A DNA stretch of 64,000 bases from Candidatus Omnitrophota bacterium (lineage in GTDB: Bacteria > Omnitrophota > Gorgyraeia > Duberdicusellales > 4484-171). Both the position numbers and the translations under genes were made by a program. Shown here one piece after another: positions 56,802 to 64,000 of this stretch; the stretch's first letter is position 1, and every line of letters begins with the position of its first letter. The stretch lies in contig JBAWWL010000002.1 in the NCBI GenBank assembly GCA_037146775.1, positions 262,554 to 326,553 of the forward strand, given 5' to 3'. Under the pieces are notes generated by a model. That model was not told the origin of the DNA. It did not search any database and worked only from the letters and a program-made list of their open reading frames with translations.

Positions 56802-57485
56802 ATGGAAGATCTGATAAAGAAATACGCGCCCGGAAAATCATTCGTTGATATCGGATCGTTATGGGCCATAAACGGGTATTTTTCTTTTCTTGCAGAAAGT
56901 TGCGGCGCGCGACGTGTGATTGCAGTAGATATCTTAACTGAAACTGAAGAATTCAGGCAGGCAAAACGACAAAAAAATTCCAAGGTTGAATTTATCTGTG
57001 GCGATATCCATCTTCCGGAGACAACTCAAAAAATCGGCACCTGCGATGTGGTGTTTTGCTCCGGCGTCCTTTACCACAGCCCAAACCCGCTACATCTAAT
57101 AATGATGCTACGCTCAATATGTCGAGAAACGCTGATATTAAAAACCCAACTGATTCCCGAAGTGCCGGGAATAAAAAACGCTGCGGTTTTCTATCCTTTT
57201 CTCGATAAAAAACAAAGAAAGCTTTACGATAGGGGGGCAGGTATCCAGAAAGCTATCACCGAAGACTACGATCCTAAAAGCGGATATGGAAATTGGTTTT
57301 GGGGGCCTTCCCCAAGTTGCGTGAAGTCAATGCTTGAGTGTGCGGGCTTTACGATTGAAAAAAGCTATCTCAACCCTTTTCACGGCTGTTTTATTTGCAA
57401 AACCGCTCCTGTTAAGTTTATGCCGGTATCTGGAGAGCTTGCGCCGGACTATAACCAACCAAAGCCTTACAAACACAGTCAATAG
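56802..57485 (+). CDS. hypothetical protein, class I methyltransferase-like
   Basis: FVDIGSLWAINGYF...RRVIAVD...FCSGVLYH resemble methyltransferase motifs I-III; ATG at 56802; the ORF-track start at 56682 lies inside a repeat element. Confidence 0.35.
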   Translation: MEDLIKKYAPGKSFVDIGSLWAINGYFSFLAESCGARRVIAVDILTETEEFRQAKRQKNSKVEFICGDIHLPETTQKIGTCDVVFCSGVLYHSPNPLHLIMMLRSICRETLILKTQLIPEVPGIKNAAVFYPFLDKKQRKLYDRGAGIQKAITEDYDPKSGYGNWFWGPSPSCVKSMLECAGFTIEKSYLNPFHGCFICKTAPVKFMPVSGELAPDYNQPKPYKHSQ

Positions 57486-57815
57486 TATATAGTCGTGAGT
57501 ATTGAGTATATGGAGAAAGTATGTAGTATTGAGTATATAGTACATAGTAGGGCAAGATTCGTTAAGCGGTTACTCGCCTCGATTCGCTCGGCGAAGTGGG
57601 CGAAACTCGTTTCGGTTACGTCTATCGGCAACGTTTTATGACAAACTCTAAACCCGAAATCCTAAACCCTAAACAAACTATAAATCACAATTCTTCAAAC
57701 TCAAAACGGTATAGTTTGTGATTTTGAGCTTTTCGTTTTGAGTTTATTTAGGATTTAGAGTTTAGTGTTTAGGGTTTATTTATACTATATACAATATACG
57801 ACATACCACATACTT
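57483..57815 (+). repeat. composite palindromic repeat element, forward orientation (copy B)
   Basis: Same module order as copy A; starts at the TAG stop of the upstream gene. Confidence 0.8.
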
Positions 57816-57957
57816 TTTTAAGTTTTACTCACATAAAATCCTTGCTATGGAATAATTAAAAAACTATAATACCATAAATAAGCCTAGGGCCACATACGCT
57901 GTCCGGAAAAAAAATCTATAAAAGCTGAAGGTAATATTGAGTTTATTGGGAGGCTAG

Positions 57958-58764
57958 ATGAACTATTTACAAGGGGCGATCGCTGCGGCAAAAAGAGCCG
58001 GGAAGATCCATAAGAAATATTTTCGTAAAGGCGTTGCCGTAAAAACAAAATCTTCTTCTTACGATTTGGTAACGACAGCCGATACAGAGGCCGAAATAGA
58101 GGTTGTTTCTTTCCTGAAGAAACATTGGCCGGATCACAATTTTATCTGCGAGGAACATCTGTACCAGGAAACCCCCTCCGAATACATCTGGATCATTGAC
58201 CCGCTTGATGGGACTAATAATTTTGCCTGCGGTATTGCCCTATTTTCCGTTTCTATTGCGCTTAAATACCGTAATGAGCTTCTTTTGGGCGTTGTCTACG
58301 ACACTATTAATAATGAGCTTTTTTATGCCCAAAAAAACAAAGGAGCATTCTTGAATAACAAGCGTATCCGTGTGAATGATGTATCTCACCTGAAACAGGC
58401 TATGTTGATTACCGGATTCTATTACGATAGAGGAAGAGAGATGATAAAAACTCTTGTGGCGGTCAAGCGGTTTCTTTCTTTGCATGTGCTTGGGATACGC
58501 CGTTTTGGTTCGGCGGCGCTTGATCTCTGTTATGTTGCCTGTGGCCGCGCCGCGGGATTCTGGGAATTCGAGCTTAGTCCGTGGGATTTCGCTGCGGGAA
58601 AGTTATTGGTTGAAGAAGCCGGCGGCAAAGTCACCGACAACAAGGGCAAAGTCGTTCCCTTAACTAAAAAACATTTTATTGTTGCTTCTAACGGTCAGAT
58701 TGACCGGCAGTTGCTTGAAGTTATAGAGCCGAAGCACTCTCGGATAAAAAAATCAGGAATATAA
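57958..58764 (+). CDS. inositol monophosphatase family protein
   Basis: WIIDPLDGTNNF plus upstream EE...D metal-binding motifs. Confidence 0.8.
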   Translation: MNYLQGAIAAAKRAGKIHKKYFRKGVAVKTKSSSYDLVTTADTEAEIEVVSFLKKHWPDHNFICEEHLYQETPSEYIWIIDPLDGTNNFACGIALFSVSIALKYRNELLLGVVYDTINNELFYAQKNKGAFLNNKRIRVNDVSHLKQAMLITGFYYDRGREMIKTLVAVKRFLSLHVLGIRRFGSAALDLCYVACGRAAGFWEFELSPWDFAAGKLLVEEAGGKVTDNKGKVVPLTKKHFIVASNGQIDRQLLEVIEPKHSRIKKSGI

Positions 58765-58785
58765 GACTGTGGAGTTTCGGGAATA

Positions 58786-60165
58786 ATGAGATTATTTTCT
58801 AAAAAAATCACCGCATTGGCGCGCGAAAGCTGGGCGATGAGCTGGCCCATGATTTTGATCATGTTTTTTGAATTTCTGATAGGCTTGGCCGATGTCTACG
58901 TTGCGGGCAAGGTCGGTAAAGAAATACAAGCCGCCTATGGTCTGGCTTTTCAACTTTATTTTGTCGGGCTCATTCCTGCCATGGCTTTAACCGCAGGAAC
59001 GGTTTCGGTGGTGTCAAAATTGTTTACTGCTCCGCAAGCTCTAAAGCCGTCCGAGCATGATGCTGTTATTGGGGAGAACGAGGAATTAAAAGAAACAGTA
59101 TTTTCTTCTCTCGCATCAAGCACTCTTATGGGTGTTATCGTGGGCGCTCTCGTTATTATGCTCAGTTCGGCGATCATAGGGTTATTGCGCGTTCCCGCAA
59201 TTATTAAAAACGATAGCGCCGCACTTGTAAGAATTTATAGCCTGGGATTTATTTTCGATTATTTTTTGATCAACGCAAACGGTATTTTGCGCGCGTGTGG
59301 TAAGGTTAAGATATCGCTGCGTAATTATACAATAATATGTCTTTTAAATATTGTACTTAATTTTGTTCTTGTGTTTGCCACCCCGCTTGGATTTAGCGGT
59401 ATCGCCATTGCTACCGTAATCAGCGTGGCCGTCGGCGCGCTTTTAAATGCCGTGGCGGTTAAGAATCTTTTGGGTGCGTGGCGATTTCGTTTCCGGGCAT
59501 TCAAAGAAATGGTCGCAATCGGCTGGCCGATCGGGCTCTTGCAGATTCTCTGGAATCTTGCGACTGTTGTTATTTTTTCCATTCTAGGGAGTTTACCGTC
59601 GAATAATATAGAATTGATCGCCGCTTTTACTAACGGTTTAAAAGTCGAAGCCGCTATTTTCCTCCCCGCGTTCGCGTTTAACTTAGCGAATGCCGTTGTT
59701 GTCGGGAATCTTCTGGGTAAAGGGAAGAAGGACGATGCTTTCAAGTCCGGACTCGTTACCGCCGGCTTAGGTATGGCAATCATTGTGGTGCTTTCATTGG
59801 TTGTGATATTACAAGCGCGTAATATTATGACTTTTCTTTCCAATAATTCCATAGTCGTTAGTCAGGGGTTTACCTATCTTTATATTACCTTTGCTTTTGA
59901 GCCGTTTATGGCCTGGGGAGTTATTCTTGCCGGAGGATTAGCCGGAGCCGGCCACACTAAAAATATTTTAGCGGTTGTTGCGCTAAGTTTATGGATCATA
60001 AAAATACCGTTTTGTTACCTTGCGGGAGTTGTGTGGGGCATGGGCGCGGTAGGTATGTGGTGGGCGATGAATTTGGCAATTGTCTTTCAGGCTGTCTTGA
60101 TGAGCTGGTACTATTTTAAAAAAATGCGGCCAGTGGCAAAAGTAATACAGGTATGTAGTACATAG
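58786..60165 (+). CDS. MATE/MOP-superfamily membrane transporter
   Basis: 459 aa with about 12 TM helices as two 6-TM halves. Confidence 0.5.
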   Translation: MRLFSKKITALARESWAMSWPMILIMFFEFLIGLADVYVAGKVGKEIQAAYGLAFQLYFVGLIPAMALTAGTVSVVSKLFTAPQALKPSEHDAVIGENEELKETVFSSLASSTLMGVIVGALVIMLSSAIIGLLRVPAIIKNDSAALVRIYSLGFIFDYFLINANGILRACGKVKISLRNYTIICLLNIVLNFVLVFATPLGFSGIAIATVISVAVGALLNAVAVKNLLGAWRFRFRAFKEMVAIGWPIGLLQILWNLATVVIFSILGSLPSNNIELIAAFTNGLKVEAAIFLPAFAFNLANAVVVGNLLGKGKKDDAFKSGLVTAGLGMAIIVVLSLVVILQARNIMTFLSNNSIVVSQGFTYLYITFAFEPFMAWGVILAGGLAGAGHTKNILAVVALSLWIIKIPFCYLAGVVWGMGAVGMWWAMNLAIVFQAVLMSWYYFKKMRPVAKVIQVCST

Positions 60166-60465
60166 TATGTAGTATATAGTGGGGAGTAAGGATTAACGGA
60201 TTAAAGAATTAAATGATTAACTAATTAAGAAATTAACGCATTAAATAATTAACGAGCTAACGGATTAAGAAATTAACTAATTAAAGAATTATTTGGGGAA
60301 AGAATATAGGTTGATAGGTTAGTATGTTGATAGGTTAGTAGGCAGGAAGGGTCAGAAAAATAAAATATTAAAAATTAAAATAAAAATAAGGGGTAGAAAA
60401 GGACAGAAAGGGAAGAGAAGGGAAAAAGTTAAAAGTCAAAAGTAAAAAACTGAAAAATAAACGCT
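60166..60465. repeat. intergenic repeat block (AGTAnnn, ATTAAnnn, GGTTGATAGGTTAGTA, GGA-rich, AAAAGTn)
   Basis: AAAAGTT AAAAGTC AAAAGTA AAAAACT GAAAAAT at 60421-60455. Confidence 0.65.
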
Positions 60466-60975
60466 ATGGGTTTTTTTAATTTTTTTAAAAGTTTTATCGG
60501 GCGAAAGAAAAAGAAAAAACTAAAAAAAAGGAAGAAAATAACGCCCAGAAAGCCGGCTAAAACCAAGAAAAAGCCGCGCCGCCGGGTTCTCCCGCGTATC
60601 AAGAAAACGCACAAATCAAAACCCGCAAAGGTGCGCACAAAAAGTAAAGTAAGGGCTCGTAAGAAGAGGGGAGCGCCCAAGCGAAAAAAGTTTAAAGTTT
60701 CAGCCAAAAAATCCCTGCCGATTTCCAATGAAAAAGCAATTGGTACGATTACTCATTTTTTTGGCCACATATCCGTAGGGATCATTAAACTTTCTTCGCC
60801 GCTGGCGACAGGTGCCACCATACATATTAAAGGCTCCCACGATGATTTTACCCAAGTGGTTTCTTCGATGCAGTACGACCATCGGGATATTACTTATGCC
60901 AAGCGAGGATTGGAGATTGGTATTAAGGTTATTAAGCCGGTTCACGAGAACGATATAGTCTATATGGTTGGTTGA
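60466..60975 (+). CDS. lysine-rich (histone H1-like tail) protein with C-terminal small beta-barrel domain
   Basis: Residues 10-90 are about 55% K/R (KKKKKLKKRKKITPRKPAKTKKKPRRR...); the C-terminal 75 aa GTITHFFGHISVGIIKLSSPLATGATIHIKG...EIGIKV looks like an EF-Tu domain-2-like barrel. Confidence 0.45.
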   Translation: MGFFNFFKSFIGRKKKKKLKKRKKITPRKPAKTKKKPRRRVLPRIKKTHKSKPAKVRTKSKVRARKKRGAPKRKKFKVSAKKSLPISNEKAIGTITHFFGHISVGIIKLSSPLATGATIHIKGSHDDFTQVVSSMQYDHRDITYAKRGLEIGIKVIKPVHENDIVYMVG

Positions 60976-61053
60976 TGACCAATAGTTTTGTGGAAGTCGT
61001 GATATGGGGTGGAAGATTCTTAAACTGTATGTGTTTCGAGCGAGCATGATTCT

Positions 61054-62052
61054 ATGACACGCTATTATCTTGATATCGATAATCGTTTTGTAATCAAAAA
61101 AGATAGACAGAAGCTTTATCCCCGAGGAAAGTTTGTTATCGATACACAAAACAAGTTATCGTATATCATCTTGGAGCCTATTTCTTGGCGCAGAAAAGAA
61201 ACAGTATCTAAAAAAATAACTTTTGAAGGCACGTGGTCTTTAGACGAGAATCATACTGTTGTATTTACTTTACATCACACACGCAAACAGCCAGAAGGCG
61301 GGCAATTTTATTTTACGTCGGAATTGATTGATACACGTTCCGACGCGCTCATTTTCTCGTTAGCCACAAAAGAGCAGCCTGGAGTGTCTACTATTCGGCT
61401 TTTACAATTACAAGGGAGATGGCAGGCCGATCAATATAACCGCTTAAGTTTTCTGGTCAAAAAAACCGGTTTGCAATATGATACGCTCACTTTTGCAGCT
61501 GCCTGGGAATTGGACAGGAACAACACGCTTGTTTATACCTACAAGAAGACGTATCTTAAGACAAAAGAGCGCATAGAGAAAACGTTAGTTTTTAAAGGAT
61601 TCTGGCAGATTGGCGAGAAGGATCGTCTTTGTTACGCCCTTGATATCGAACAAAATTCATATTTTTCTTTTAAGGTTGCCTACGAGACTCCGAGCATACT
61701 GGCGAAAAAAGGTGAGATTAAGTATCGCTTGGGTGTGGGGGTTAGAGGGGAACGTTTATTCCGTGCGAAAGTTATTACTATTTACGGTGTATGGAAGTTA
61801 AGCAGAAAGATAGGATTGTCTTTCGAGGTCGACTACGGTCATGGAGTTCGGGAAATCGTCTTTGGCGCGCAGCTCGAGTTAGTTAAAGGAAACCAGGTTA
61901 CTTTTGAATTGACCAGCCAAGAAGGAAACAGCCTGGGCTTGCGCATTACGTTTAGCAAGTCTTTTCTGCGTAATAACGCTCAATGGTTTTTGCGCTTTAG
62001 CCAGCGGGACAAAGAATCTCGTGTTGAGGGTGGGGTAGATATTGCATGGTAG
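61054..62052 (+). CDS. hypothetical protein with about five internal 45-50-aa beta-rich repeats
   Basis: Recurrent h-x-G-x-W-x-L/I-x4-6-L-x-F/Y blocks: TFEGTWSLDENHTVVFTL, TFAAAWELDRNNTLVYTY, VFKGFWQIGEKDRLCYAL, TIYGVWKLSRKIGLSFEV. Confidence 0.4.
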   Translation: MTRYYLDIDNRFVIKKDRQKLYPRGKFVIDTQNKLSYIILEPISWRRKETVSKKITFEGTWSLDENHTVVFTLHHTRKQPEGGQFYFTSELIDTRSDALIFSLATKEQPGVSTIRLLQLQGRWQADQYNRLSFLVKKTGLQYDTLTFAAAWELDRNNTLVYTYKKTYLKTKERIEKTLVFKGFWQIGEKDRLCYALDIEQNSYFSFKVAYETPSILAKKGEIKYRLGVGVRGERLFRAKVITIYGVWKLSRKIGLSFEVDYGHGVREIVFGAQLELVKGNQVTFELTSQEGNSLGLRITFSKSFLRNNAQWFLRFSQRDKESRVEGGVDIAW

Positions 62053-62186
62053 AAGGGATTAAAGAATTAACGAATTAACTAATTAAAGAATTATTTGGGG
62101 AAAGAATATAGGTTGATAGGTTGGCATGTTGATAGGTTAGTAGGCTAAAGAATTAACTGATTAATGGATTAACCGATTAACGAATT
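62053..62186. repeat. intergenic repeat block (ATTAAnnn, GGTTGATAGGTT modules)
   Basis: attaaagaattaacgaattaactaattaaagaattatttggggaaagaatataggttgataggttggcatgttgataggttagtaggc is nearly identical to 60268-60340. Confidence 0.7.
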
Positions 62187-62795
62187 ATGGCTGATAATAT
62201 TATTTGCGAAAAATTTAAAGAGTGGACGAAGGATCTTGCGCCTAAAGAAGCCAGGATAGCTGTGTTTGAGCGTATACGTGATATTCCGTACGCAATCGTG
62301 CCGAAGCTAAGAGATCATTTTTCCGGCCCGGCTGGTATGTTGGAATTGAATAAAGGTTCGTGCCAACCGAAGCATTACTTATTAGCGCAATTTTTTGAAA
62401 AGTTAGGTATACCTATTCAATTGGCCACTTACGTTTTTAGATGGCAGGATTGCCCCGTAGCCTATCCATCTAAAATTAAACAATTAGTAGAACAGTTGCC
62501 TGTGGGGTATCATCTTGCTTGTAAGGCTTACATAGAGAAAAAGTGGGTCTTAGTTGATGCGACCTGGGATAAACCTCTTAAAGCATATGGTTTTAGTGTG
62601 AATGAGCATTGGGATGGTTTAAGCGCTACCGAGAATGCTGTGGTAGTTTTGGAAGAAATTACGCACAAGGATGCGGCAGATAGATGTAGCTACGAAACAC
62701 AGAAAAGAAGTGGTTATAGTGATAACGAAAAAGCATTGTATACTGAATTTATCGAACAATTTAATCAGTGGCTGGAGCAGATAAGGCGAAGCTAA
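62187..62795 (+). CDS. transglutaminase-like (papain-fold Cys-His-Asp) domain protein
   Basis: GSCQPKHYLLAQ (Cys), YHLACKAY (His), VLVDATWD (Asp), in the canonical order and spacing. Confidence 0.5.
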   Translation: MADNIICEKFKEWTKDLAPKEARIAVFERIRDIPYAIVPKLRDHFSGPAGMLELNKGSCQPKHYLLAQFFEKLGIPIQLATYVFRWQDCPVAYPSKIKQLVEQLPVGYHLACKAYIEKKWVLVDATWDKPLKAYGFSVNEHWDGLSATENAVVVLEEITHKDAADRCSYETQKRSGYSDNEKALYTEFIEQFNQWLEQIRRS

Positions 62796-63214
62796 TGTAT
62801 GTAGTATATAGTCGTGAGTATTGAGTATATGGAGAAAGTAGGTAGTATTGAGTACTGAGTATATAGGTGGGTTAGAAATGGGTAAAAAGGTTGGTATGTT
62901 GATAGGCTAAAGAATTAACGGATTAAAAAATTAAATCATTAAATAATTAACGAATTAACTGATTAATGAATTAACGCATTAAAGAATTAACTAATTATTG
63001 GGGGGAAAGGATATAGGTTGATAGGTTGGCATGTTGATAGGTTAGTAGGCAGGAAGGGATGAGACATTAACGGATTAAAAAATTAAATAATTAACGGATT
63101 ATTTGGGGAAAGGGGAGTAGGGGAAAGAGAAAAGTAAAAAGTTAAAAATAAAAAGGCAAAAATAGAAATCAAAATAGAGAAATATCAAAAATTAAAAAGA
63201 GAAGGAGGCAGATT
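62796..63214. repeat. intergenic repeat block (AGTAnnn, ATTAAnnn x2, GGTTGATAGGTT x2, purine-rich)
   Basis: Third copy of ...GGAAAGgATATAGGTTGATAGGTTGGCATGTTGATAGGTTAGTAGGCAGGAAGGG..., also at 60300-60350 and 62100-62150. Confidence 0.7.
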
Positions 63215-63556
63215 ATGCAGAGATTTTTATTAAAATGGGCAGTTAACTCGGTTGCGATTCTTGTTGTCGTTCATACGATAAAAGGTATTGAGATTTCAAA
63301 CACATCGCTTGTGGTGGTAGTGGCTCTGGTATTGGGGATCATCAACGCATTCCTAAGGCCTATTTTGATCGCGATCACGCTACCGATAAACGTGCTTACC
63401 CTTGGCGTGTTTACTTTTTTTATTAACGGATTTCTTTTCTATCTGGTTTCCAAAATCGTAAAGGGTTTTACCGTTACCGGATTTTGGCCGGCATGTTTTG
63501 GGGCAATTCTCTTTAGTATCGTTAGCTTTCTTTTGAGTTTATTTGTACGCGAGTAG
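63215..63556 (+). CDS. phage-holin-family 4-TM membrane protein (YvlD/DUF360-like)
   Basis: 113 aa with four hydrophobic helices and a LGIINAFLRPIL motif; AGGAGG RBS. Confidence 0.45.
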   Translation: MQRFLLKWAVNSVAILVVVHTIKGIEISNTSLVVVVALVLGIINAFLRPILIAITLPINVLTLGVFTFFINGFLFYLVSKIVKGFTVTGFWPACFGAILFSIVSFLLSLFVRE

Positions 63557-63565
63557 TATCTAAAG

Positions 63566-64000
63566 ATGAAGCTTCAAGATATACGTGCATCGTTACGCTC
63601 ATCCGGCAATAAAGAAAAGGCCAGAGTTTTGCGCAGTTTTTTTAAAACAGGCGCGGGCCAATATGGAGAAGGAGACGTTTTCTTAGGCATCGCGGTCCCG
63701 GAAATAAGAAAGATAGCCAGGCGCTGCCAAGATATCTCCTCATACGATATTATCCAGTTATTGCGCTCAAGAATTCATGAAGAACGGATGCTGGCGCTTG
63801 TGTTACTTTTGTCGCGTTATGGAAAAGCAACCACTAATGAGAAAAAAATAATTTACAGTCTGTATCTGGAGAATATAAAACACATTAACAGTTGGGATCT
63901 GGTTGATGTGAGCGCCCCGCATATTGTGGGCGATTTTTTGTTTAAAGGAAACAGAAGCAAACTTTATTGCTTCGCTCGCTCGAAATCGCTCTGGGAAAGG
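63566..64000 (+). CDS. DNA alkylation repair protein (AlkD-like HEAT-repeat), 3'-truncated by the window end
   Basis: DIRASLRSSGNKEKARVLRSFFKTGAGQYGEGDVFLGIAVPEIRKIARR matches the family N-terminus; no stop before position 64000. Confidence 0.5.
   Translation, partial: MKLQDIRASLRSSGNKEKARVLRSFFKTGAGQYGEGDVFLGIAVPEIRKIARRCQDISSYDIIQLLRSRIHEERMLALVLLLSRYGKATTNEKKIIYSLYLENIKHINSWDLVDVSAPHIVGDFLFKGNRSKLYCFARSKSLWER

Noticed and set aside
57636-57700. Telomere-like CCCTAAA/TTTAGGG heptamers
   Set aside because: The units are degenerate (CTCTAAA, TCCTAAA, CCCGAAA) and are part of the palindromic arms of the composite element. The context is prokaryotic, so this is a coincidence of a 7-nt A/T/C-alphabet repeat.
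60429-60728. 99-aa minus-strand ORF rich in Phe/Leu/Arg
   Set aside because: It is the reverse-complement translation of the AAG/AAA-rich lysine tail of the + strand gene at 60466..60975, so it is an artefact.
1-64000. A search for tRNA, rRNA or tmRNA genes
   Set aside because: No GGTTCGAATCC-type T-loop/acceptor context, no rRNA-like conserved blocks and no tmRNA termini were seen by eye. The 23S-IVS family protein at 40789 is a protein gene, not rRNA. A tRNAscan or cmscan run would be needed to be certain.

Overview
This 64-kb window has about 60 genes, all on the + strand, from a low-GC (~40%) bacterium with strong AGGAGG-type ribosome-binding sites. It splits into two architecturally distinct halves.

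**Positions 1-38.8 kb: glycan-biosynthesis locus.** The genes are tightly packed and often overlap. It contains at least 14 glycosyltransferases (GT2, GT4 and GT-C classes), a Wzx-type flippase and an O-antigen-ligase/Wzy-like polymerase. Sugar-nucleotide tailoring enzymes include a UDP-GlcNAc 2-epimerase, a DegT-type aminotransferase, a cupin-like isomerase, a hexapeptide acyltransferase, an AsnB-type amidotransferase and an NAD-dependent epimerase/dehydratase. Unusual for such a locus, it also holds an ACP-FabG-FabH lipid module, three radical-SAM enzymes (one SPASM, two B12-binding) and at least seven SAM-dependent methyltransferases. One methyltransferase is frameshifted, and a small GIY-YIG nuclease gene sits between two GT genes.

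**Positions 38.8-64 kb: single genes separated by repeat blocks.** Individual genes or short operons are separated by 0.1-0.95-kb non-coding blocks. The genes are a four-helix-bundle protein, a membrane-anchored CpsB-type PHP phosphatase, a papain-like C1 peptidase, an AbiEii-like nucleotidyltransferase with a downstream HTH partner, a MacA-MacB-TolC efflux set, PlsC, a cold-shock protein, a third B12 radical-SAM enzyme, a DEAD-box helicase, an inositol monophosphatase, a MATE transporter, a lysine-rich protein, a beta-repeat protein, a transglutaminase-like protein and a holin-like protein.

The non-coding blocks are built almost entirely from a few families of degenerate 7- or 8-nt periodic tandem repeats. 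These are assembled into larger palindromic composite elements of about 320 bp that occur in both orientations. That repeat system, the lipid/radical-SAM decoration of the glycan locus, the reverse-order AbiEii-like pair with a perfect palindromic operator, and the membrane-fused PHP phosphatase with a free-standing paralogue of its membrane domain are the most novel-looking parts. No rRNA, tRNA or CRISPR array could be supported.
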